NCBI RefSeq assembly: GCF_001194135.2
Contig: NC_068981.1
Location: 88,948,850 to 89,012,849 of the forward strand
Direction of reading: 5' to 3'
Origin: Octopus bimaculoides
Lineage: Eukaryota
DNA: 64,000 nt
The translations under genes and the position numbers were made by a program. The notes below the pieces were generated by a model. That model had not been told where the DNA came from. It was given only the letters and a program-made list of their open reading frames with translations, and searched no databases. Positions 1 to 11,593 of the stretch are shown piece by piece; the first letter of the stretch is position 1, and every line of letters starts with the position of its first letter.

Positions 1-480
1 TTTCACTGCGTATATGTTATATAATATCTTTTTAAGAAAATCATAAAAGGAATAACTTACCATTTGATATCGCAAGATGTCACATCTATAGCACCTAGCT
101 CTCTGTATATTGTAACGGAGCATAGTTTCATAGATTATACATGCAACTGCTCGGCTAGTCACGTCCAAATAGTAAATTCTAATTCTGGGTTGTAATCTAT
201 TCCCTTCTCTTGTGTCCGTAATCTCCTTGAGAAAAGTGTGTGCATCAGTCAGCCTCGTTATTCGACACAGCAAAATTATGGTATTGCATCTAAGTTGGAA
301 ATCAATATGATTATAACAATCTAAATAAAGATGAAAGAACGCTAGCAATGGAAGGGTATATCTTTGACAAACTTCAAGAAACTAGTTGACATCAAAGAAA
401 AGAGAGAAAAAATATATACGTGAAAGCTTTTGTTGATTTTTCAGGTTTCTATTAACTTCGATTCGATTGCATAACGAGAC

Positions 481-483
<3 letters not shown>

Positions 484-534
<51 letters not shown>

Positions 535-799
535 TTCAGACAGACAGACATATATACATACATACATGCATACAAACATACATATATACATACACTTATA
601 CATATATAATTATATACATATAAACATTAGATACACATATACATATACACACATTGACACACACGCTCACTTACGTACATATATATCATTCTTTTGAAAT
701 TTCTAAAAGTAAGATTTCTCACATATTCGTACTTACGTATGTCTTAATGCACATAATTTTTATGTTAGTATGTGTATATGTGTGTTGTTTATATGTATG

Positions 800-839
<40 letters not shown>

Positions 840-849
840 NNNNNNNNNN

Positions 850-883
<34 letters not shown>

Positions 884-960
884 TATGTCTGTGTGTGTGT
901 ATGCATACATGTATATATATATGTATCTATAGATATGTATTTGTCTGGATAAATACATAT
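484..960. repeat. Compound (TA)n/(CA)n/(TACA)n microsatellite tract with a 10-N gap
   Basis: Directly visible dinucleotide and tetranucleotide runs; they explain the YIYI/CVCV ORFs. Confidence 0.95.
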
Positions 961-1666
961 ACATACATATATGAACATATGTATGTACGTGTATGTATAA
1001 TAAACACACACTATCGCCTTCAAATATACGTCTTTTATGCGTGTACATGTGTGTGTATTAGTGATAGCTGCATACGTTTATCCATACATAAACGTGATCA
1101 AATCATCATGTATAACCGAAAACAATAATCTTTCAATAGAAGGCAATGGAAATACCTCACTTCTTTGAGAGAAGATATATGGCTATGAAAATCAAATATC
1201 TTGTTGTCCATTTAAAACAGGATACCTGAATTTATAAATTTCCAGCACACACATGCTTTAAGCGTTTTGATGTTTGTATCGAAGTAAAATATGTTATAGT
1301 GGAGTAATAAAATATCGCATCATCCTCAATAACGATACAGATGAAGCTAAAATACAATATCGATATATAGATTTTCTCCTGTCTTTCACATAAATGTGAT
1401 ACATATAATTTTATTCATGACCTCGGGCTTGTAAAAGAAAACCCCCCTCCATAAAAAAACAACTCCCACATGCCCATCAAACAGTTCAATATGAAATTTG
1501 AGTAACATGAGTCTCAGACGGTTTAGTTTAGTTGTGATTAACGGTACTAAACAGTTACTGTTTGTTGTAGTTTGTTAATATGAAGCCAATACAAACAGAG
1601 CAAAATTTTGATCCAAGGTGCTCCAGTCATGACGATATAGACTTTCTCTCAGATAGGATTACACAC

Positions 1667-1677
1667 GTATATGTATG

Positions 1678-1713
<36 letters not shown>

Positions 1714-1753
1714 TGTATGTTTGTATGTATGTATGTATGTATGTATGTATGTA

Positions 1754-1786
<33 letters not shown>
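1667..1786. repeat. (GTAT)n(GT)n microsatellite
   Basis: Directly visible. Confidence 0.95.
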
Positions 1787-1788
<2 letters not shown>

Positions 1789-1913
1789 ATGCGGGCATGT
1801 AGATGTAATTAACAAGACTTCTGGTTTTCGTTTTATTATAACAACTTTACTCTTTTAGATGATCGAGTGCTATTCATGTTGTTGAAGCCTTACTCCATTA
1901 TATATATATATAT

Positions 1914-2635
1914 NNNNNNNNNNNNNNNNNNNNNNNNNNNNNNNNNNNNNNNNNNNNNNNNNNNNNNNNNNNNNNNNNNNNNNNNNNNNNNNNNNNNNNN
2001 NNNNNNNNNNNNNNNNNNNNNNNNNNNNNNNNNNNNNNNNNNNNNNNNNNNNNNNNNNNNNNNNNNNNNNNNNNNNNNNNNNNNNNNNNNNNNNNNNNNN
2101 NNNNNNNNNNNNNNNNNNNNNNNNNNNNNNNNNNNNNNNNNNNNNNNNNNNNNNNNNNNNNNNNNNNNNNNNNNNNNNNNNNNNNNNNNNNNNNNNNNNN
2201 NNNNNNNNNNNNNNNNNNNNNNNNNNNNNNNNNNNNNNNNNNNNNNNNNNNNNNNNNNNNNNNNNNNNNNNNNNNNNNNNNNNNNNNNNNNNNNNNNNNN
2301 NNNNNNNNNNNNNNNNNNNNNNNNNNNNNNNNNNNNNNNNNNNNNNNNNNNNNNNNNNNNNNNNNNNNNNNNNNNNNNNNNNNNNNNNNNNNNNNNNNNN
2401 NNNNNNNNNNNNNNNNNNNNNNNNNNNNNNNNNNNNNNNNNNNNNNNNNNNNNNNNNNNNNNNNNNNNNNNNNNNNNNNNNNNNNNNNNNNNNNNNNNNN
2501 NNNNNNNNNNNNNNNNNNNNNNNNNNNNNNNNNNNNNNNNNNNNNNNNNNNNNNNNNNNNNNNNNNNNNNNNNNNNNNNNNNNNNNNNNNNNNNNNNNNN
2601 NNNNNNNNNNNNNNNNNNNNNNNNNNNNNNNNNNN
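1914..2635. other. Assembly gap (N run). Other large gaps: 15513-15586, 20446-20752, 23049-23878, 28509-29074, 30529-30714
   Basis: Runs of n, located at microsatellites or inside repeats. Confidence 0.99.
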
Positions 2636-2736
2636 ATATATATATATTGTTGTATCGCTTTGGAGGCTCTCTGCGTATGTCCATTTATATTGTGGCACAG
2701 TCCATTAGGAGTCAACCAATAGGGGTGTTCTACTTC

Positions 2737-2770
<34 letters not shown>

Positions 2771-2990
2771 TAATATATATACATACCACAAATTAAACGG
2801 GTAGTTTATTAGTAATTTCAACCTAAAGGCAAATTTAATTGAGCTCACACTAGTGACAGCCGGTTCTGACCCGCACCAGATGTTGCTTTAAACAAGTTTA
2901 AAACAACTCAAAAGCCAACGGTTTTCTTATAACACTGACAGCGGTAGCTAAGTTTAGCCTTATGTGTTGAGAGTCATTGACGAGGATTAA

Positions 2991-3379
2991 CTCATTACCT
3001 ACCAGTGAGCTCATATGAGATCACTTAAAAATTTTCAAATTTCGTAATTATCTGTCAATGTTTACACATATTTAACCTTTTTGCTATATCTACTAGGTAT
3101 ATTTCTCAGATATCCAAATGAGGTTTGCTAATTTTTCACTGTAAATTTAACGAAACATAAGTTGAAAATTATCAGAATTTGACTCGGGAGAACTGTCAGT
3201 ATGAACTTATTGAAATAAATCATACTAAACTATAATTAGAAGATAATACCAGATGGTACATGTTGAAGTAACGTACATTAAACATTTGAATACTTGAAAA
3301 CAATAGTACATGTAATATAAAGAGAATAGGAGGCTATAAAAGTTGTCGATTTCATTTGAGATCACTGGTAGGAAGTGAT
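2991..3379. repeat. ~34-bp imperfect inverted repeats bounding ~390 bp (piggyBac left end, or a stand-alone piggyBac MITE)
   Basis: Reverse complement of the left repeat, GTGATCTCATATGAGCTCACTGGTAGGTAATGAG, versus TCGATTTCATTTGAGATCACTGGTAGGAAGTGAT at 3346-3379. TTAA is intact on the left and degenerate on the right. Confidence 0.75.
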
Positions 3380-3533
3380 TACAGATTAGACGGGTCAGAA
3401 CGTGTTTACTGTTGCACCACCAGATAGCTGAGCATAGGTATTTGTAGTAATTTGAACTAATCAACCCGTAAGGAGAACACGACGACCGCACAGCAGAACG
3501 TTGGGCTGATAAGTCATTTATTAAGCAAAGGCA

Positions 3534-3859
3534 GTGAACGCGCGTGGCTTAGTGGTTAGGGCATTCGGCTCACGATCATAAAGTCGTGAGTTCAATTCCC
3601 GGCAACGCGTTGTGTCCTTGAGCAAGACACTTTATTTCACGTTGCTCCAGTCCACTCAGCTGGTAAAAATGAGTAGTACCTGTATTTCAAAGGGTCGGCC
3701 TTGTCACACTCTGTGTCACGCTGAATCTCCCTGAGAACTACGTTAGGAGTACACGTGTCTGTAGATTGCTCAGTCACTTGCACGTTAATTTCACGAGCAG
3801 GCTGTTCCGTTGATCTAATCAGCTGGGACCCTCGTCGTCGTAACCGACGGAGTGCTTCT
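3534..3859 (+). mobile_element. Full-length tRNA-derived SINE (type C) with target-site duplication
   Basis: A-box-like TGGCTTAGTGG at 3545-3555, B-box-like GAGTTCAATTCC at 3588-3599. Flanked by TTAAGCAAAGGCA (3521-3533) and TTAGGCAAAGGCA (3860-3872). Confidence 0.85.
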
Positions 3860-4279
3860 TTAGGCAAAGGCAAGCATACTTGTACATGCAATCAGGGATG
3901 CGTCATACAAGCGATGTGGGGGGTGGGGTGGGGGTGATGATAACGTCACGTGATTGTTACTTGAGAAAAGGTGACATACAATCTACAAGCATGCGGGGAA
4001 TGAGTTCTAATTAAATGCCACAGTATTGCTCGTTGAAACTTGTTGATGCCTGTCTAATTTGAAGCCTTTATAAGCATGGAATCTGTTTACAGATAATCAT
4101 TCAATTGTCGAGAGTGGTGCTAGAAGGGCATCAACTCTCCTACTTATTAGTAAGGTTTGATATAAAAGTATTGTAATGTACATATGAAAATAATTATATA
4201 TATTGTATATTGCATTGCATTATCTATAAATATTTTGTAGTGAATATTTATTTATTCATTTATTATAAATTTACCTGTT

Positions 4280-4281
<2 letters not shown>

Positions 4282-4327
<46 letters not shown>

Positions 4328-4400
4328 AGCGTCGATGACCTTGATGTTATGACGTCAGATAACTTTTATTCATTCATTCATTCATTCATTCTCTCTCTCT
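4282..4400. repeat. (CT)n and (TTCA)n microsatellites upstream of the transposase
   Basis: Directly visible. Confidence 0.9.
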
Positions 4401-4424
4401 CCCTCCACACAATTTCATAAATAT

Positions 4425-4442
4425 AACTTTTTTGTCCTACAG
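4425..4442 (+). promoter_or_regulatory. Candidate 3' splice acceptor directly abutting the transposase ATG
   Basis: ataacttttttgtcctacAG|ATG: pyrimidine tract and CAG end at 4442, ATG at 4443. Possible partner donor GTAAGG at 4150. Confidence 0.6.
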
Positions 4443-6289
4443 ATGTCTAAAAGGCGCATCAAATCACTAACTGTGGAAGAGATTTTGACCACACTGGAAG
4501 AAGTTATGGAAGATGAAGATGTAGAATCGGCAGATGCTGTTATCATCCCACCAGAAGCTGATGCCCTAACTGACAATGAAGACATTGACGATGACTGTAC
4601 TGGAAATGTTGACATTGAGGACGTAGCCGGATCATTCGAATTACATGTTGCTGCACAGATCGTCAGTGAAGAAGTAATTGAGGATACAACAGGAGAAAAT
4701 GTTGCTAATTATCCGGAAATTGGCGTTGAAACAATGCCAGCACCAAAAAAAAACAAAACTATGCAATTCAGTACCAACATGGCGGTGTAAGGCACCGGAA
4801 TATACAAAAGTTCATGATCGCAGTAAGGCTTATGAAAATAACTTGATGAACATGAAAGAACAATTGAAGGGCTCAACTCCAGTTGAAGTATTTGAAGACA
4901 TTTTTTCTGAAGAAATCGTACAGCTCATGATCAAAGAAAGTGTTAGATATGCTACAGAACGTAAGAACAGGTCCACAGCTACAATTAGCTCAGACGACAT
5001 AAAACTATTCATTGGAGTGTTACTAATATCTGGTTATCATAAACTCCCTGCAGAAACACAATATTGGTCGAACGATGAAGATCTGGGCCGACAAATCGTG
5101 AAAAATGCAATGTCTAGATCAAGATTTCAAGAAATGAAAAGCATTCTACATTTCTGCGACAATAATGAAGCCGAAAATAATAAAAAATGATAGAGGATTC
5201 AAAGTAAGAAAACTGATTGCTGCTCCGCAAAAATCATTCATGAAATTTGGTATTTTTGAAGAACACCTTGCTGTTGATGAAATGATAGTCAAATGTTATG
5301 GCCATCACGCTCTGAAACAATTCATTAGGAGTAAGCCAATTAGGTTTGGCTACAAGTTTTGGGCATTATGCGGTGTCTCTGGTTATTGCTACAATTTTGA
5401 TCTTTATTGTGGCAAGAGCTCATTTGATGACAACCGCGTGGACTTACTGCTTGGATTAAAAGTTATATTGAACATGCTAGATGTCGTAGAAGAACCACAA
5501 TCATATACTGTCTTCTTTGATAATTTATTTACCGGATATGAGTTACTGGTTCATCTTCGCGAACTCGGCTTTCAAGCAACTGGAACTGTGCGCGAGAACA
5601 GGCTAAAGAAATGCCCTTTGATGGAAGCAAAAGAACTGAAAAAGCAAAAAAGAGGAACATACAGCTTTAGATTTGACACCAATGAAGAAATTCTTTTCGT
5701 AAAATGGCTTCATAATACATGCGTCACTATTGGAACTAATTATGATACAGTGGAACCTCTTCAAAAAGTGCAACGCTGGCTGAAGGAATGCAAAGCAAAG
5801 GATTCAGTTTCTCAACCTCATGTGTTCAAAAATTACAGCGCATATATGGGAGGTATCGATAAGCATGATTGGTGGATCAGCAAATATGCAACAACAATCA
5901 GAGCTAAAAAGTGGTATTGGCCTATCTTCATTCGAATTGTGGACATGGCAGTTGTGAATGCCCATATCATATATAACTTGATAAATAGCGACGATGAAAA
6001 ACCAGCCACCAAAATGGATTTGCTTTTATTTAGAAGAGCAATTTGCCGATCCTATTTGAAAATTTCTACAAACAGGCAACAACTAGGTAAAAAGCGCAGC
6101 TGTTCAGCGCCTTCACAAATCCCTCACGATGCTCGTTTTGATTGCAAAGGACACATTATAATGAAACGAAGTGAACAAAGGCGATGCCAGAATAAGCCAT
6201 GCACTGCTAGGCCCAGGACATATTATTCGAAATGCACAGTCACTCTATGTGTAACCTGTTTCTCTTCTTATCATAAGTACAATGGCTGA
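4443..6289 (+). pseudogene. piggyBac transposase, ~614 aa when repaired, split by two +1 frameshifts (ORFs 4443-4790, 4678-5190, 5165-6289)
   Basis: Acidic N-terminus (VIIPPEADALTDNED). Catalytic motifs AVDEMIV, FFDNLFT, MGGIDKHD, plus PIRFGYKFW and KKWYWPIF. C-terminal Cys-rich domain. Extra A in the runs at 4745-4753 and 5182-5187; no internal stops otherwise. Confidence 0.95.
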
Positions 6290-6439
6290 AGATAAAAGTA
6301 GCTATCAAAAATTGATCAAAGTGTGCAGTCACTATATGTGTAAACTGTTTCCCTTCATATTGTTATAATTACAAAGGACAAACATTTTTAGCATTAGTTC
6401 ATATTACTTATTTTTGTATAGCTAATTTTTCCCTTTCAA

Positions 6440-6473
6440 AATAAAAATATCTTTTTTTGCTTTGAAAAATAAA
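6440..6473 (+). promoter_or_regulatory. Two AATAAA poly(A) signal candidates downstream of the transposase
   Basis: AATAAA at 6440-6445 and 6468-6473. The AT-rich context makes chance occurrence possible. Confidence 0.4.
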
Positions 6474-6717
6474 CTGTTCATGATTACGTATAGTTCTTCA
6501 TTTATCCCTATAGAGTAAGTAGTTTTGAATACCAAAATTAGAGATTGCATTTTGAGATACACTAGGGTTATTGCAACTGTAACATCCCAGTGATCTCATA
6601 TGAGATCACCCAATATCTCGCTTATTTCTATTTAAAATGTTATTTTGATCATTCCAAGGTGTTTCTAAAGCTGTTTTATGCTAGAAATCAAAGTTTCATA
6701 TAAAAATTCCAGTTAAT

Positions 6718-6770
6718 ACATCTAAGCATTTCGCCCGGCGTCCTAACGTTTCTGCCAGCTCACCACCTTC
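6718..6770 (-). mobile_element. SINE type B head fragment
   Basis: ctaagcatttcgcccggcgtcctaacgtttctgccagctcaccacctt is the reverse complement of the type B head seen at 31559. Confidence 0.75.
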
Positions 6771-7514
6771 TTGTTTGTGTATATATGGCTTAATGGTACA
6801 GAGTGTTTGGCAACTGTGAATAAGGTGCTAGTTTCGAGTATTGGTCGGTAACTTATTTTCTCCTCGTCTTCTAATAGTAATTACCTAACTTTCTAGGCTC
6901 TTCTGTCATCGTGCGTTCAAAAATTATGCGGGTATTTTTAAAATTTTCATTCAATAAATAATAAATTACGTATAGATTAATAAAATAAGAAATAATAAGT
7001 TACGTATACATTAATAGAATAAACCGTCGGTTTTTCAAATAGCAAATGAGAACATAAAAGAGAAAGGGAAAGACTTTGCAAATGAGAATGGAATACTCCG
7101 CAGTGAATGCAATGAATATTTGAATTTGCGAGAAACTGGAGTCAGAAAAATTCAAGATACTTGTGAAATCGAAATTATAGTAAATTTCTTAGAACATACG
7201 TTTATAAAATATTTCCAGATGGTCAACCCTTTAAAAATTGCTTTCTTTTAGTACTTTTAATTATTGTTACATACTTAATTAATAAGTAGCTTTCTCCATT
7301 ATAGTATAGATATATATGGAGGCACAGTAGAGTGCGACAGCCAGCTAAAATCAAGCTCAGTAGTGGACTTCTGAATCGTCTCCACTATCCAGTATTGTAA
7401 GACGCACAGAGAAAATTCAGGATAGGCCACAGTTACGAGTCAAATAATGGAAAAAATAATAAGCTCTGTAATGCTTTGAATACCACCCCTGTTTTCTGCT
7501 TAATATTTTCTCTC

Positions 7515-7897
7515 CAAATATTTCATCCGTCTATACGTTCTCAATTTGAATTCCGCCGTGGTCGACTTTGCCTTTCATCCTTTCGGAGTCTATAAAATCA
7601 GTACCTGTTGAGCATTGGTGTCAATGTAACCGACTTACCCCTTCTTCAGAAATTGCTGGCAATGTGCCAACATTTGAAACCAGTCTCTTCTCTCCACCTA
7701 AGGCGGCGATCCGGCAGAATCGTTAGCTCGTTAGAAAAAATGGTTAGCGAGATTTCGTTCATCTTAACGTTGAGTTCAACTTTGTCTTTCGTCCTTTTGA
7801 AGTGGATAAAACAAGTATCATATCAGTACTGCGATCGATGTAATGGACTAGCCTCCTCCTCATACATTTCAGCCCATGTGCCTAAAATAGAAAAGAT
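7515..7897 (+). mobile_element. Two tandem SINE type B copies (about 7515-7685 and 7698-7897), plus a head stub near 7980
   Basis: Shared core ttccgccg.ggtcgactttgcctttcatcctttcgg; head aaggcggcga..ggcagaatcgttagc; tails ttgaaacca and agaaaagatt. Confidence 0.8.
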
Positions 7898-8270
7898 TTT
7901 CTCTCTGTCTCTCTGTCTGTCTCTGTCTCTATCTATCTGTCTGTCTGTCTGTTTCTCTTCCTCTCTCTGTAAGACGGGAATCTGGCAGAATCGTTAGGAA
8001 TTTGACAGAAGCATGAACATAGACATGTGCATAATTCCAGAAGACTAACGACTAGGGAATAAGGTGTATAAATTAATGAGCAAATGATGATATATAACTC
8101 TGTATGTAAGTGAACGACTTGAACATAGATTTGCTACGATTATGCAAAAACTCGTTGCGGTAGAGAAATTAGAATTTATCATATTTATTCATTTCTTATT
8201 GATTGTGCTTCAATTGAGAGTCTAAAACTGTTTCGTAGTTAGAAAGCGCGACCTGTCAAAAAATTAATAT

Positions 8271-8396
<126 letters not shown>

Positions 8397-8961
8397 ATGG
8401 CTTTCTTCGATTTTTCATATTAATAATTTTCATATATTTGAATCATATTCGAATATGACTTGCAGTCATAATTATACACTTGCAATTTCCAGAGCAAATA
8501 TACAAATACAAAAGCTGAAGTGGAAGAGAAGCTTTTAAAAAAATATATCAATCTAGAATTTGAAATATGAGTTCAGTAGCCTGAACATGTTATATAACCT
8601 TTTTGCTGCGTTTATTACTCAAAATAGATAAAAATGTATATATATGTATATAAATGTGATATTCATAATATCGATTCTATTTCTGATCGAAATGACGTAA
8701 AATAAATAAAAATAAATATAATTAAAATGAGATAGAAAAAAAATATTAACAATTTGTCCTGTTTAATCTTGCAGTTATTAAAAATAGCATCAGCCCTCCT
8801 GGCTTTAAATCTTTCCGCACAATTGTTAATCTATCACATTTAAAGGCAATTCGTATAACAATAAAAAAAAATTAACGCTATTACCAACACTACTACCACT
8901 GCTTATGTCAGAAACGCCGCCACCAACAGAACCACCATCACTACTACAACTACTAGAACTA

Positions 8962-9140
8962 CTTCTTTCTACTATAGGCACAAGACCTGACATTTTTACA
9001 GGACTTTGTTGGGCGGTTACATCGTCTCTAGTGCACGACCGATAATCATTTTATGGACCCCGAAAGGTAAAGTTGACCTCGGAGAGATTTAAACTCAGAA
9101 CGGAAGGACAGACGAAGTACCATCCAGTCCTGACGATTTG
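8962..9140 (-). mobile_element. Degenerate SINE type B
   Basis: tttctactataggcacaagacctga...gttgacctcgg...tttaaactcagaacg is the reverse complement of the type B body and tail. Confidence 0.75.
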
Positions 9141-9344
9141 TTCATCGCATCTCATACACAACTACTGCTACTTCATCTACTGAAATTACTGTTTGGTAGT
9201 ACACTGCGTTGTGGCCTGAGGATTGCGGGAGACCGTCTAGGTAGATATCGAAGTTCACTTTCTTCAGTCCGTCGCTCCACGCAAATCGCAAACAGTTTTA
9301 ATATAACAGTTTTAACATAACGCACAAATCTATTTGGAATCGTA

Positions 9345-9413
9345 CAGCCGTTGTTCCCTAAACAACGCAGCCGTTGTTCCCTAAACAACGCAGCCGTTGT
9401 TCCCAAAATAGCG
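9345..9413. repeat. Three tandem 23-bp units, each with a potential hairpin
   Basis: CAGCCGTTGTTCCCTAAACAACG twice exactly, plus a diverged third unit. CGTTGTT and AACAACG are complementary. Confidence 0.95.
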
Positions 9414-9714
9414 AAGTGCGCCGCTGTTGTTACGTCACTTTTACCACATTTGAATACTTAACGGCCTTTGCTCCTTTCCATACTCCTTAACATGAGCAAT
9501 ACATCGTTTGGACAACCTAATTCATGTGATATGTTATCTCCTTGAGTCTTCTAATTGCCCGTCTAGCTCCTCTAATTTACTATTGTATATTACTAGATTT
9601 TTTTTCTAAAGCGGACTGGTCTGTAATTTTCGTATTATTGAGCAGATCTAATCGACTATAGAGATTGTGGTCATTGCCGCTGTTAGAAATCATTATCATT
9701 GAAATTTCAGGACA

Positions 9715-9890
9715 GCGAACTGGCAGAAACGAAAGAGCATCGGAGAAATATGCTTTGCGATATTTGTTTTGCTGAGGTCAGCGTTGCCTTTCCTCTCCCC
9801 GGGGTCGATAAATGGAAGTACCAGTAAAGTTCTGCTGTCCATAGTATCGGCTGTAACACTTCCTCCCAAATTTTCTGGCCTTGTGTCTAA
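9715..9890 (+). mobile_element. Degenerate SINE type B
   Basis: agcgaactggcagaaacg...gctgaggtcagcgttgcctttcct...ggggtcgataaat...ggccttgtgtcta. Confidence 0.75.
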
Positions 9891-10310
9891 GAAAAGAAAA
9901 TGTTACACTGAAGAAATTTCAACAATTGTATGTTTATTGTACTGGATGTAATATATGTAAGGAACACGTTCCCACACACAATCAATATTTTAAAATGTAT
10001 TTCATTAAAAAAATCAATTTGCTCTTATCATTTTAAATTTATATGTTGTTTCAGAACCAAAGAGTTACGATTAATTTTTGATGTAATTTCAAAATATTCC
10101 TCCGATAACCAGAAAAATATAATTGAAAATATATTTTATTTAAACGTATTTCGTTCTTCTCATAAAAAAAAAAAAAATCGTTGATATCAAGCTTCGATGT
10201 ATTTCTGTTATATTTCTTTTCCATGAATACGTATTGCTACGTACAATTTTCAACGATTATGTCATTCGAAAAATATGCTTTTCAACGAACGATCTTCACT
10301 GAAAGCGCTT

Positions 10311-10311
<1 letters not shown>

Positions 10312-10370
<59 letters not shown>

Positions 10371-10464
10371 GGTAGATATCGATCTACTATCCATCTGTCT
10401 ATCTGTTTGTCTGTCTGTCTGTCTGTTTGCCTGTGTCCCTCCTTCCCTATCTCTCTCTCTACAT

Positions 10465-10528
<64 letters not shown>
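10312..10528. repeat. (TCTA)n, (CA)n and (TA)n microsatellites; further (TCTA)n at 11322-11450 and 14722-14829
   Basis: Directly visible. Confidence 0.95.
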
Positions 10529-10531
<3 letters not shown>

Positions 10532-11322
10532 CATATACCCGCATTTTCATGTCAGATCAGAGATGTGATATGTTACAGGTAGGCATAAAAGCCAATTCAA
10601 CTTTTGCATTGTCAAGACCTTAATGACCATACCGGTATCAAGGTAGGCTTTTAGACAAATCTCAAGATGAAAAACAAGACCTGTGGAAAGAAGGCTGAAT
10701 TCACGTGGGCCAACGTTCAACAGCGCGTATATTTGTGTATATGTGTATAATGTGTATTTACATGTAGATGTAGGTACACAAACGAGAAGTTAATTTTTAC
10801 TTGAAATCTATAGAGTTTGCAGTCTTTGGTCAATATGGTATTTCTCTGCTTGCTGTCAGTTTATCAACATCAACTATCTAAATAGTATCACTCATAGTGC
10901 ACAATCGTTTACCACTAAAAATTTTATGTAGAAATACTTCTTTTCAAGTGTAAGTCAATTATGGGACTTCTTGGATCCCCAAACAGTCGCTGGATATTTT
11001 ATTAAGACGGTCGGGATATAAGATGCCTCTCCGACAATGAAAAAAACCCACTAGTTTCGTAGTTTCCCCGGTCGTGAGTCCATGGAAATTACTATTCCCT
11101 ACTTTTCTACACAGTTGCCTCCTATGTTGATATCTCATTAATATCTAAGGGACAAAATCTTGGGGATGTCACGCTGTTAAATATTTTCATGAAGGGAATA
11201 ACAAGACATGTTATATATATATATGTATATATATGCATGTACGTACATATAAATATATATATACATACAAACAGACATACACATACACACATACATATTC
11301 TCATACATATAGATATAACTCT

Positions 11323-11354
<32 letters not shown>

Positions 11355-11363
11355 TCTATCTAC

Positions 11364-11439
<76 letters not shown>

Positions 11440-11557
11440 TTATCTATCTAGTGTGGACTTATGGACGACGAATTTTTCCACTCTTCAGGGCACTTTCCAA
11501 GCACACATTTTATCAACTTTACTATATAATATGTCGTCCTCATTGAAATCTGTTTTA

Positions 11558-11593
<36 letters not shown>

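Larger units (their letters stand above)
2991..6715 (+). mobile_element. piggyBac-superfamily DNA transposon (PGBD2/PGBD3-like); right terminus not found
   Basis: TTAA at 2987-2990 is followed by CTCATTACCTACCA and a 20-bp palindrome (3005-3024). An inverted copy lies at 3346-3379, the transposase at 4443-6289, and a perfect palindrome GTGATCTCATATGAGATCAC at 6590-6609. Assigning 2991-3379 to the same insertion is inference. Confidence 0.7.

Noticed and set aside
3534-3610. tRNA gene
   Set aside because: A/B boxes continue into a SINE body with TSDs, and no complete cloverleaf is evident.
4745-4754. A_AAA_AAC slippery heptamer suggesting programmed -1 frameshifting of the transposase
   Set aside because: The next ORF is in the +1 frame (4443 mod 3 = 0, 4678 mod 3 = 1), so a -1 slip would not join them.
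7608-7997. 129-aa ORF
   Set aside because: It lies across two SINE copies and a (CT) tract.
9345-9413. Palindromic direct repeats resembling a CRISPR array
   Set aside because: Units are contiguous with no spacers, there are no cas genes, and the context is eukaryotic.
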